Shown in pieces: positions 51,301 to 59,428 of a stretch of 64,000 bases of DNA. The notes under the pieces are model-generated. The model worked only from the letters and a program-made list of their open reading frames with translations. It was not told where the DNA came from and made no database searches. A program made the translations under genes and the position numbers. How positions within the stretch are numbered: position 1 is the stretch's first letter; each line of letters opens with the position of its first letter. Source of the DNA: an uncultured Candidatus Saccharibacteria bacterium (GTDB lineage Bacteria > Patescibacteriota > UBA1384 > DTJR01); NCBI GenBank assembly GCA_964487045.1, contig CAZAOT010000004.1:6605-70604 (forward strand). The letters run 5' to 3'.

Positions 51301-53835
51301 TTGCTGACTAGTCCCGTCTCTGAGCAAATTTAAATGCTGGTCTATGACTTTTTTGCGCTGATTTATTTGTTCCTCATCTTCAAGATTTTTAATTAGCGTC
51401 CATCTGCCAATTTCAGACGAAATTGCGTCAGCAATCGCCTTAAAGCTCTTTGGATCTTTTGCACCTTCGTAGTATTTGGTCAAATACTCGATCGCCTCTG
51501 GTTTACCGTGGACCGAAGCGCGGGCAAGCGACTGGGCAAACTCATTATCCATCGCCTCAGCAATTGGCTTTTTTTCATCAAGCGTCTTTAAAAACTTTCC
51601 ATAAACCTCACTTGGTCCAGCCATACTTAAAAGCATCAATATATTGTTTCTGTCTTGATCTTTTAGGCTCTCAATAAAATTGAGGTTTTCCATGGACCTC
51701 TCGACGATACCTGGTAAAAAATCTAAAGAGCCCGGCTCAATAGAATCTGAAGTCAATCTCATTTTCATATGATTGATATAATCAATATGTTCAGATTCGG
51801 GAGCCGCATCAAATATTCGCGCTGCATATCGGCAATTATCCTTAGTCAGATATCTCTGCAAATAATCTTTAGCAATAACTGGTTCCTGGAGTGCCATTTC
51901 TATTATGTCGCCTTGGCCATCACTAACTTCGTTAGCTGTGTAAGCCAAATGTGCATATAATGAAATTTTTTCTCTCCTGGAAGCTCCACTAAGCAATCGC
52001 TCAGCAACCCTAGCAAAATTTTTTCCTTGTATGCGACGAAACGATTCGTCATATATTCTTCTGGCCCCTAAAGGACTTCTGCTATTTTGAATCAGCCGGC
52101 GCAGGCCTGTATTTTCTTCACGAGCCAAAAAGGCCTTTAACTCTTCCTGATCCAATCCTGCAACGTAACTATTATATGCATTAGGAACATCGCTACGCGA
52201 TGAGTACATCAGTGGCCGCTCACCCGATCCCCCGGGTTGAGTATAGGCAAAAAATGTCAGTATTGGTAATGCCTCAACATTCTTAAATTTAGTTAGCTGC
52301 AACTCTAATTCTGCAGCATCATGGCGCATCTCACTTCCCTTATCAAAAATCATCTCTAACCTTGCGTCGATGATCATTTTTTCGACCTGGTCTAGCCTTT
52401 CCTTGGTAAATCTATCGATCACCTCCGGATCACTCCTAAAAGCATTCCAGAGATCAGGGTCCAACATAAACGGCGCCAGTGCATTCTTTTTTGCGCCTTC
52501 TAATTCGGTTTTTTTATTTCTGATCAGAGACTCTGTGCTATACCACCCAGAGCTATAATCAGTGGTGGTCACAAACCGATCGGCAATTTCAATCTGTCGA
52601 TTGATGAGCTGAATCATCTCAAAACGCACATCTCCCTGGAGAATCTTGGCAACAGGAGTGACATCGATTTCCTGAGGAATTCGTTCGATCTGAGAGCTTA
52701 AATAGCTTACGTCAAAATATTGGCAAACCTTTTCTATCTTGATGCCTAAATCACGAACTAGTTCCTCTTCTTTCTCTGGCTGAGCTGCTTTGGCAATAAG
52801 AAATTCAGAAATATCTTTAGTCAACCCCTCAACCATTAAGAAACCAGAGGGAATATGGTAGGAGTCTATTATTTGCTTCAGCTTTTCACTTATGAGGCTT
52901 AATTCTATTCGTTTTTTAGCTTCCTGGCTAATCGCTAAATCTTGGTTTTCGACTGTTTGGTCGAGATCGGGATAAGTAACATTTTCGATTCTTTCTCCAA
53001 TGTTGTGATTGATTATGGCAATTAGTTTTTCTTTAGAATATTCCAAGTCATAATAGCCTCCTACAGGATAAATCACTGCCTGCTTTAGATCCAGTAGTTC
53101 AAAATAGTCCTTTTGGATCGCCGCCCGCTGTACATCATTGGCTAAAAGACGGCGGCGAGCCTCCTTAATATCTTCATCTTCGCGGCCAAAAGCTTTTCTA
53201 ATCTTTCGGATTGGATGCATGTGATAATGTCGGTAAATCAGGTCACGATCGGCCCAGGTTTGATCGGTTAATTTATCAAGCCTGCTTCGCATATCTTCGA
53301 CTGATTCGGCGCCATGCTCAGCCAATAGTTTTTGAGTCGAGGTTGCTACAGCACTCTCGACATATTTTATAAACGAATTTATCTTTTGAGCATCTTCTAG
53401 CCTGATTCTCTCAAGATTTTCAATTTCGCTGATAAGCTCAACCGCTTCCTCCACCCGGACCCCTGCTTGAGCATCATCTTCCTTGAAAGCCTCCATTTTT
53501 TCATTGAGCGCTTTGTAGAGCTTTTCGGTCATATCCTTAATATCGCCAACATGCCCCTTCATCTGAACAATAAATGCCTTAATATCCGGCACCTCAACAA
53601 CTCTACCTGGTGGCTCAGACGCTGTCGGTTCCGTTACATCAGTCGCTCTACTCTTTATCTGTTCAGCTCTAGACTTTTTGACTGAGCGAGCCGCGGCGGT
53701 AGCTTCTAAAATTGCTTCCAAACTATTCAGTTCAGACTCAGTTTGGACAAAAATATCACTCTTGGCTCCAGACTCAGCAACTGGCTCACCAACTTCTTGC
53801 TCCTCACTACCAATAATTTCCGGCTGATCCGGCAT
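48382..53835 (-). CDS. Giant hypothetical protein (1817 aa)
   Basis: Uninterrupted ORF with AAGGAG RBS; helical/coiled-coil composition; C-terminal CLAC..GCNN. Confidence 0.85.
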   Translation of the reverse strand: MPDQPEIIGSEEQEVGEPVAESGAKSDIFVQTESELNSLEAILEATAAARSVKKSRAEQIKSRATDVTEPTASEPPGRVVEVPDIKAFIVQMKGHVGDIKDMTEKLYKALNEKMEAFKEDDAQAGVRVEEAVELISEIENLERIRLEDAQKINSFIKYVESAVATSTQKLLAEHGAESVEDMRSRLDKLTDQTWADRDLIYRHYHMHPIRKIRKAFGREDEDIKEARRRLLANDVQRAAIQKDYFELLDLKQAVIYPVGGYYDLEYSKEKLIAIINHNIGERIENVTYPDLDQTVENQDLAISQEAKKRIELSLISEKLKQIIDSYHIPSGFLMVEGLTKDISEFLIAKAAQPEKEEELVRDLGIKIEKVCQYFDVSYLSSQIERIPQEIDVTPVAKILQGDVRFEMIQLINRQIEIADRFVTTTDYSSGWYSTESLIRNKKTELEGAKKNALAPFMLDPDLWNAFRSDPEVIDRFTKERLDQVEKMIIDARLEMIFDKGSEMRHDAAELELQLTKFKNVEALPILTFFAYTQPGGSGERPLMYSSRSDVPNAYNSYVAGLDQEELKAFLAREENTGLRRLIQNSRSPLGARRIYDESFRRIQGKNFARVAERLLSGASRREKISLYAHLAYTANEVSDGQGDIIEMALQEPVIAKDYLQRYLTKDNCRYAARIFDAAPESEHIDYINHMKMRLTSDSIEPGSLDFLPGIVERSMENLNFIESLKDQDRNNILMLLSMAGPSEVYGKFLKTLDEKKPIAEAMDNEFAQSLARASVHGKPEAIEYLTKYYEGAKDPKSFKAIADAISSEIGRWTLIKNLEDEEQINQRKKVIDQHLNLLRDGTSQQKRFVALILNNIFKSAIRMGNAKTQKRLDAIFLDQATAMQSLLEQSDDLVMKMILLDNKSGSNVDEVDIELALDSLAKMHGAIPEESSIWGLRDIVSDIIRNREKHPQESIERLCKIILENMQASDVGLKFVVAEHYAGRLSEENTALLESSRIPEYDFAKNNPEQTQPITKDNWVIYLSGFVRSMGGTQVQWIEDYFKDPEVMSFVFENYRKAYLDHIQKLTESKSNVDAVLLARLIQKNEGAGHLRHIQAMAGLIEGMDSAFLKGHTAFETKRQLGQMLMDQEAYFDKNRWGNEDRSYFYGVTKEILGASPALYKDFDRIFKQLNPKELEDFVENIYPLFQAQLVVLEQKQPPKNPEVGALGTHLPEEAKEYSVRDLLPIRNLLKDFSDKLELGNDRVGVIEEFKKETLSRLQVSFKDRLGFDKLPEKMEVKDIRALKDILIYLGNIKSKDEEKTALLMLFLALTVNGKWDQFRQGKMFRGDDLEKELVEYFSADNQHYKYIKEYLKERDKAAFIPTEVIGLSDQELAEIQPILQEEVIVQHLGNIRTVDDKLEGILLALEVYADPDTYPEEMRPYVSLVEHYSSSKVNSALAKKIQIEMGKDLPISEEELNIVEEFLAVDKLNSDMPVIEKLKSIQSTVKLATTSMNLVEKRTEYRKLVDALRAKLVPNANIVRIFNDIGEEFKTDSGARAISQDLIYLESIASKNQEKITEKEDKDAIAAYLQEIREQMTVLEKAILEIENKLKTMLDESQKQGATQYQTATQEVLRNLRGSDSALTINSNITNSWIPIIENMRQCLACNTTGCNNDTNLTFGDPNKFYLYSQDANKDANEGSISDEIVFFEPITIGEQQEMSFVFDQIYGNHSPDILYGHLAAVTKKLAAIKAKAPKAKVSIFITDSALSTAGLSRDILTKRFGSEQSAYIIEPVEATVNVVPSPGGDHYVEFRGGGRISGNHSAGGLRMRLRSEASS

Positions 53836-53986
53836 AATTTTCTCCTTGACTTAATTTTAGCTTGCCATAAGCAATAAATAAAGTAGCTAGCTTGTTAACT
53901 ATTTGGGATTATTTTGGCATAATTTGCCAGGCAGTTAAGAGACTTGTCTCTTGGCTGACTACTACCAAAGAAAGCTGGTGCTGAAG

Positions 53987-54130
53987 ATGTCTGACGTACT
54001 CGAGCTGTTGAGGCAATTCGGGACTGGAGAAGTCAAGCTGGATGCGCTCGATGAGGCACACAGACTCACCCACAAGGGGACCGTGAACTACAAACGGTCC
54101 CCTTTTCAAATACTCAAAAAAATAGAGTAA
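53987..54130 (+). CDS. Possible 47-aa GC-rich micro-ORF reading through a terminator
   Basis: Hand translation MSDVLELLRQFGTGEVKLDALDEAHRLTHKGTVNYKRSPFQILKKIE*. Confidence 0.35.
   Translation: MSDVLELLRQFGTGEVKLDALDEAHRLTHKGTVNYKRSPFQILKKIE
54074..54107 (+). terminator. Intrinsic terminator
   Basis: Perfect 11-bp stem AAGGGGACCGT/ACGGTCCCCTT followed by TTC. Confidence 0.65.
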
Positions 54131-54159
54131 TATTAAGTTAATAATTACTAAGGGGGAAT

Positions 54160-55083
54160 ATGGACCAAGTTTCACAATCTGCGCCAAGCGAGCAAGCATC
54201 ACTGCAGGCGCCTAAAAAATCGAATACTTGCCTTGTCGTTGCGATAATTTTATTTATTATTTTTATAGTCCTTGCTGCTGGAGGATATTTGATTTACAAA
54301 AAAGGCTCAGGCGTATTGAAAAGTGCTGTTAGCTCAATAACGCTTAATCCGAACTGTAAACAAAATGATCCAGATTTGTGCAAATTCCTAAACAACTGGC
54401 AATCGATTGATTATTTTACCGCCAATTCAACTTCAACGTTTGAAGGTAAAGAGCAAAAATCAGTTATGAAGTCTGTCGGAGATGATAAATTTCAAATGAC
54501 TAATATTACTGGTGGAAGTGAAAATTACAATATGATTTCTATCGGCAACACTACTTATACAAAAGACTATACAGATGGCAAATGGCTCAAAACTACTCTT
54601 GAGCCAACCAAATCAGATGCAAGTGCGACTGAAATAAAAGACGAATTTGATTTTAACGTCGAAGAAGATCAAACGACTTACAAAAAAATAGGCAAGGAAG
54701 CTTGCGGCAAATTGACATGTTTTAAATATCAGGTTATAGATCCACAAATGGCCGAATTAAACAGCAAGGAGTATATACTTTTTGACGACAAGGATTATCT
54801 GCTACGAAAAACCATTACCGAAGGACCGGACAATAATTTAGCGACCAGCGAATTCGACTACTCAAAAATTACAATCATCGAGCCCTCACCGATCAAGGAA
54901 GGCCCCACTAATATCCAGATCCAAAGCACTACCTCTGGCTCATCGAGCACAAATACCACCTCAAACTCAAGCTCTGATTCCGAGCAAACGATGGAAGAAA
55001 TTCAGCAGGAACTAGAAAATATTAGCACTGAATTACAAAACGCCGATCAACCAGCTATTCCCGCCGAACCTGTTGTCGAGTAA
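54160..55083 (+). CDS. Membrane-anchored extracellular beta-rich protein (LolA/LppX-like fold suspected)
   Basis: N-terminal TM; IGKEACGKLTCFKYQV, EYILFDDKDYLLRK; Ser/Thr tail. Confidence 0.7.
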   Translation: MDQVSQSAPSEQASLQAPKKSNTCLVVAIILFIIFIVLAAGGYLIYKKGSGVLKSAVSSITLNPNCKQNDPDLCKFLNNWQSIDYFTANSTSTFEGKEQKSVMKSVGDDKFQMTNITGGSENYNMISIGNTTYTKDYTDGKWLKTTLEPTKSDASATEIKDEFDFNVEEDQTTYKKIGKEACGKLTCFKYQVIDPQMAELNSKEYILFDDKDYLLRKTITEGPDNNLATSEFDYSKITIIEPSPIKEGPTNIQIQSTTSGSSSTNTTSNSSSDSEQTMEEIQQELENISTELQNADQPAIPAEPVVE

Positions 55084-55260
55084 TTATTCTGGGTTAGAGG
55101 TCTGTAGATCGCTAAAATAGCCCTCAGGCGAAATTGAGTCAAAATCAAATGTATTAGCTACTTTGTATTTGCTATAAAATTTGAAACTGAAAATGCAAAC
55201 CGAAGCGACTAGAACTACAAGCAATACGATTAAAAATGTTTTGTTTTTTACTTTTTTCAT
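55084..55260 (-). CDS. 58-aa single-TM protein (not in ORF track)
   Basis: Hand translation MKKVKNKTFLIVLLVVLVASVCIFSFKFYSKYKVANTFDFDSISPEGYFSDLQTSNPE*; TAATCT 6 nt upstream of the ATG. Confidence 0.6.
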   Translation of the reverse strand: MKKVKNKTFLIVLLVVLVASVCIFSFKFYSKYKVANTFDFDSISPEGYFSDLQTSNPE

Positions 55261-55376
55261 ATTATTAGATTATCGGATTTTTAAGTAGAAATAAAGGGTC
55301 GTGGCTGCGCGCTTCGAATCCCTGCGGAACCAACTCCAAACAAAAACAGCTCCTATCGGAGCAATTTTTGTTTGTC

Positions 55377-55450
55377 TGGTTCCCGGGCAGGGATTCGAAC
55401 CCCAATTCTTTGGACCAAAACCAAATGTCCTGCCGTTAGACGACCCGGGA
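55377..55450 (-). tRNA. tRNA-Gln(TTG)
   Basis: TCCCGGG/CCCGGGA acceptor; TTTGG-TTTTGGT-CCAAA anticodon arm; GGTTCGAATCC; encoded CCA. Confidence 0.95.
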
Positions 55451-55570
55451 ATACAAAAACAATATACCTTTTAAATGAAGTTTTCTCAAGTGGCTTAGTG
55501 GTAAAATTAGATTTGAAAATACGTTTCGATCAGGTATATTAAGAGAAATATCAAATAATATTTTATATAT

Positions 55571-57106
55571 ATGACAGACGAATTTGAAAAAGCACAAGAA
55601 GATATCAATCAGTCGAGTGATCTTGATAATCGATTGGATCAAGATAGCGATAAGAATGTAATTACCCCAAGAAGCACGGACTACTCAAAATGGTACCTAG
55701 ATATCATTAAAGCAGGAAAGCTTGCAGATAACTCACCAGTTCGTGGCTGCATGGTGATTAGGGAAAATGGCTACGCTCTTTGGGAAAATATTCAGTCAAC
55801 CCTCGATAAAATGTTTAAAGAAAAAGGGATTAAAAACGCATATTTCCCCCTGTTTATCCCAAAAAGTTTTTTTGAAAAAGAGGCTGAGCACGTCGAGGGA
55901 TTTGCCAAGGAATGCGCAGTTGTTACGCATAGCCGACTTAAACTAGAAGATGGAAAACTAGTTCCCGATGGCAAATTAGATGAACCGCTTATCGTCAGAC
56001 CGACTTCTGAAACCATAATATACTCAATGTATTCGAAGTGGATTAATTCATTTCGTGATTTGCCAGTTTTAGTAAATCAGTGGGCTAATATTGTCCGCTG
56101 GGAACTTCGAACAAGACCATTTCTAAGAACCACCGAATTTCTTTGGCAAGAAGGTCACACTGCCCATGCTTCAGAAGATGAGGCTGAAAAAATGACACTC
56201 GATATGCTGGACGTTTACGCAAAATTTGCCGAAGAATACATGGCAATTCCAGTGATCAAAGGAAAGAAATCAGAAAGTGAAAAATTCGCCGGAGCAGTCT
56301 TCACCACTTCGATCGAAGCAATGATGCAAGACGGCAAAGCTTTGCAATGTGGCACGTCGCATATGCTAGGGCAAAATTTTGCAAAACCATTTGATGTGAA
56401 ATTTGCCTCTAAAGAAGGAACTGAGGAATACGTTTGGCAAACAAGCTGGGGTATTTCTACTAGAATAATTGGTGCGCTAATAATGACTCATTCAGACGAT
56501 GTCGGATTGGTAATGCCACCAAAGATTGCCCCAACCCAAGTGGTTATAATACCAATTGAAAAAGATGGTGTAACCGAGTCTCCTGTTATTGCAAAAGCCA
56601 AGGAGATTCAGAATTCACTTAAAGAAAAATTTTCTGTAGAGATTGATCTAACAGACGGCAGACCTGGCTCCAAGTTCTTTAACTGGGAAAGGATGGGAGT
56701 GCCGGTTCGTATCGAAATCGGTCCACGAGACCTAGAGAATAATAAAGTGATTGCAGTCAGACGAGACACAGGCGAAAAATCTGAAATTCAAATGGAAAAT
56801 ATTAGCGCTGAGATCGAGAAAATTCTCGACAATATGCAAAGATCACTCTTCGACAAGGCCTTGGCCCATCAGCAAAACAAAACATTCGAAACCTCATCCT
56901 ACGAGGAGCTCAAGGATATTTTTGCTAAAGAAAATGCTTTTGTTTATATCGACTGGTGCAGCGAATCTGAGTGTGAAGAAAAGATTCAAGAAGAAACTGG
57001 CGCTACTACTAGATGTATCCCATTTGACCAAAGCCCTAAAGGCGAAGTTTGCGTCGCCTGTGGTAAACCAGCCAAAGAACGCGTGCTCCTAGATAAAGCT
57101 TATTAA
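55571..57106 (+). CDS. proS: Prolyl-tRNA synthetase, archaeal/eukaryotic type
   Basis: VRPTSET, QWANIVRWE..TRPFLRTTEFLWQEGHT, QTSWGISTR; C-terminal CVACG...KAY. Confidence 0.97.
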   Translation: MTDEFEKAQEDINQSSDLDNRLDQDSDKNVITPRSTDYSKWYLDIIKAGKLADNSPVRGCMVIRENGYALWENIQSTLDKMFKEKGIKNAYFPLFIPKSFFEKEAEHVEGFAKECAVVTHSRLKLEDGKLVPDGKLDEPLIVRPTSETIIYSMYSKWINSFRDLPVLVNQWANIVRWELRTRPFLRTTEFLWQEGHTAHASEDEAEKMTLDMLDVYAKFAEEYMAIPVIKGKKSESEKFAGAVFTTSIEAMMQDGKALQCGTSHMLGQNFAKPFDVKFASKEGTEEYVWQTSWGISTRIIGALIMTHSDDVGLVMPPKIAPTQVVIIPIEKDGVTESPVIAKAKEIQNSLKEKFSVEIDLTDGRPGSKFFNWERMGVPVRIEIGPRDLENNKVIAVRRDTGEKSEIQMENISAEIEKILDNMQRSLFDKALAHQQNKTFETSSYEELKDIFAKENAFVYIDWCSESECEEKIQEETGATTRCIPFDQSPKGEVCVACGKPAKERVLLDKAY

Positions 57107-57161
57107 TAAACTTAAAAATTGCCGACTTGTCACGGGCAAGGTCAAGCGGTAAAGTCTTTTT

Positions 57162-58004
57162 ATGGCCGAATACAAACCGCCGCGCTCAGCAGCTTGGAAT
57201 TTCCACCCGGAAAACTCAAAACCATATCGAATGAGTCGATCTGGCTTAGAGTTATTTGTGAAGTGCCCAAACTGCTTCTATATCGATAAAAGACTTGGTG
57301 TGGCTCCCCCACCAATCCCTTCATTTACCTTGAACTCAGCTGTCGATCATTTGCTCAAAAAAGAATTCGATATTCATCGCGCCAAGGATACCCGCCATCC
57401 ACTGCTTGAAAAGTATGGCGTCGATGCCAAGCCCGTCAATCACGAACGCCTGGAAATTTGGCGAGATACTTTTAAAGGTATCAGCACGCTACATCAAAAG
57501 ACTAATATCGAATTTTACGGTGGAATTGACGATCTTTGGATCAATTCAAAAGGTGAATTTATAGTTGTTGATTATAAAGCGACTTCCAAAGATGGCAAAA
57601 TTGATATCGATGGCTTCTGGCAGCAAGCCTATAAAAGACAACTTGAAATTTATCAATGGATTTTAAGGCAAAGCGGATTTAAGGTTTCGAATAAGGGATA
57701 TTTTGTTTATTGTAACGGCAAGAAAGACCGCTCAGCCTTCGACGGAAAATTAGAGTTTGACATCGAACTAATCGAATATATAGGTGATGACTCGTGGGTT
57801 GAGCCTACTCTTATTAAAGCTAAGCAGTGTTTAATGCAAGATGCTCCGCCACCACCGAGCGAAAACTGCGAGCTTTGTAGATTTAAAAAAGCAATTGATG
57901 ATACTAAAAAGATTGGAAAATCTGGTTTGGACGTGAAAGAAAAAAGTAAATCTGAAGAAAAAATCGACAAACCAACAAAATACGTCAAAACTCAGCTTTT
58001 ATAA
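57162..58004 (+). CDS. PD-(D/E)XK nuclease (Cas4/AddB-like)
   Basis: SRSGLELF.KCPNCFY; GGIDD...VVDYK; QLEIYQW; PPPSENCELC. Confidence 0.85.
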   Translation: MAEYKPPRSAAWNFHPENSKPYRMSRSGLELFVKCPNCFYIDKRLGVAPPPIPSFTLNSAVDHLLKKEFDIHRAKDTRHPLLEKYGVDAKPVNHERLEIWRDTFKGISTLHQKTNIEFYGGIDDLWINSKGEFIVVDYKATSKDGKIDIDGFWQQAYKRQLEIYQWILRQSGFKVSNKGYFVYCNGKKDRSAFDGKLEFDIELIEYIGDDSWVEPTLIKAKQCLMQDAPPPPSENCELCRFKKAIDDTKKIGKSGLDVKEKSKSEEKIDKPTKYVKTQLL

Positions 58005-58008
58005 AGCA

Positions 58009-58040
58009 ATGGCCCCTCAAGCGTCAGCCTGAGAGGCCAT
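58009..58040. terminator. Hairpin between convergent genes
   Basis: ATGGCC-CCTCA...TGAG-AGGCCAT. Confidence 0.55.
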
Positions 58041-58065
58041 GAAACGACTAGCTGTCGATCATCTG

Positions 58066-58533
58066 CTAGATACGACCGCGCATCAAGTGGCGACCGAGGT
58101 TCTCGGGCAAGCCGAATGACCTACTCGAGAACTTCCCTGCGATGAGGTCAGCCTGAACCTCTTCGTCGAGAACCTCGGCACGAACGATCAGCTTGACTGG
58201 CTTCTGACCTTCGTCGTAGATCGGCTCTATCGCCGTCCAGCCATCGGGCAGGAATTCCTGCGTGGCGTTGGCGCTCTTGAAGCGCTCGAAAAGCGCATCG
58301 GTGACGGCAGGAGGCAAGCAATACTCATTGAGCTTGCACACCCCTTCGACGCAGGCGGCGATCGCCGCGTCCATAGAGGCATCACCGAGCGCATCAACTC
58401 TTCGCGCGATCACATGCGCAGCGGCACGTTCATACTTGAGCGAGACTTCCTCGTGACGCGCGACCAGATCCTCGGCACTTACCTCCGCCAGAAGAAGTGC
58501 ATCTTCCAGGATGCGACCGATGGTCTTGTTCAT
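58066..58533 (-). CDS. GC-rich hypothetical protein (155 aa)
   Basis: GGAGGG RBS; C/G-rich third positions; TAG stop. Confidence 0.65.
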   Translation of the reverse strand: MNKTIGRILEDALLLAEVSAEDLVARHEEVSLKYERAAAHVIARRVDALGDASMDAAIAACVEGVCKLNEYCLPPAVTDALFERFKSANATQEFLPDGWTAIEPIYDEGQKPVKLIVRAEVLDEEVQADLIAGKFSSRSFGLPENLGRHLMRGRI

Positions 58534-58626
58534 GTTCTTACCCTCCGTATTCTCCCTAGCTTAAGCCGGGGTATGTCCAACAAGTAATTGCCTACGTTTC
58601 TTTCTTGGTATACAGCTTGCGAGCGT

Positions 58627-59043
58627 CTAGTCGGAATTCTCAGGCGGGAGCGTGCGCTCGATCGAGGTTGGGCAGACATCGTTACCACTCCTGACCTTGA
58701 CCTCCCAGGCTGGGTAGATGACTTCAACCTCGCAGATATTCTGCACCACCTCGATCAAATCAGCACCGAAATTGATAATCGCCATTTCGGTCACAGCCTG
58801 AGGCAGTGAGCCTTTCTCCTGAGTGACCAAGGCAAGCGTCAGAAGCTTACGCACCTTGGTTACCTGAACCACACACGCAACGTGCGACATCGCCCAGGCC
58901 AGGTGCGTAATCTTAGCCATGAGCATGCTTTTCGGCTCGCCAGCCTCACAGCATGCCTCGAGGTCATCGATGATCTGGCCTAGCGGCTTTTGCTGCCCAG
59001 CAAGATCACCTTGAAGCTTCGAGAGCTCCTCTCGCGGATTCAT
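58627..59043 (-). CDS. GC-rich hypothetical protein (138 aa)
   Basis: ATG at 59043 after GAGGAGG; TTGATA/TAATAT promoter; TAG stop. Confidence 0.65.
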   Translation of the reverse strand: MNPREELSKLQGDLAGQQKPLGQIIDDLEACCEAGEPKSMLMAKITHLAWAMSHVACVVQVTKVRKLLTLALVTQEKGSLPQAVTEMAIINFGADLIEVVQNICEVEVIYPAWEVKVRSGNDVCPTSIERTLPPENSD

Positions 59044-59143
59044 GAACGTCCTCCTCAGCCTATTTGTAGGGTGCAAGCTTATGGAGCGAATATTACCTTT
59101 TTTAACGCATATTATCAAGGCTTAAATTCAAAAAATATCACTA

Positions 59144-59173
59144 TTGACATGTTCGGGTTTTGTTCGCTAATAT
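59144..59173 (+). promoter_or_regulatory. Promoter with GTTC-N7-GTTC direct repeat (candidate LexA/SOS box)
   Basis: TTGACA (59144-59149), TGTTCG at 59150 and 59161, TAATAT (59168-59173), ATG 6 nt later. Confidence 0.6.
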
Positions 59174-59179
59174 TAAATT

Positions 59180-59428
59180 ATGGATCAAACAGCACTTAAT
59201 GAACCAATCAGTGTCTTAGCCAGCTTCAAGGAAGGCCGGCCCACTCCTCTTATTTTTAAACGTAATGGTCGCAAAACCAGGCTAGAAACAATCGACCTCA
59301 AATACGATTATCAAATTGGCGAGACTAGAGTTTATGCTTTCTCTGCCTCCGCCGGCGGAAACACTTATAAAATTACATTCAACAATAAATCTTTGCAGTG
59401 GATACTGGAAGAAATTGCCTGTGGATAA
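59180..59428 (+). CDS. Small beta-rich protein coupled to Y-family polymerase (DUF6504/ImuB-C-like suspected)
   Basis: P..F.R.GR...L....YAFS...Y.ITFN....W.L pattern; stop overlaps the polymerase GTG start. Confidence 0.65.
   Translation: MDQTALNEPISVLASFKEGRPTPLIFKRNGRKTRLETIDLKYDYQIGETRVYAFSASAGGNTYKITFNNKSLQWILEEIACG

Noticed and set aside
37436-55450. tRNA-anchored genomic island or prophage
   Set aside because: No integrase, no direct repeat of a tRNA 3' end and no phage genes; core genes are interspersed.
59316-59420. 35-aa N-terminal extension of DinB (likewise the ORF-track extensions of rpoA, rpoB, rpoC, rplC, lepB)
   Set aside because: These are longest-ORF artefacts; family homology and RBS or overlap positions support the downstream starts.
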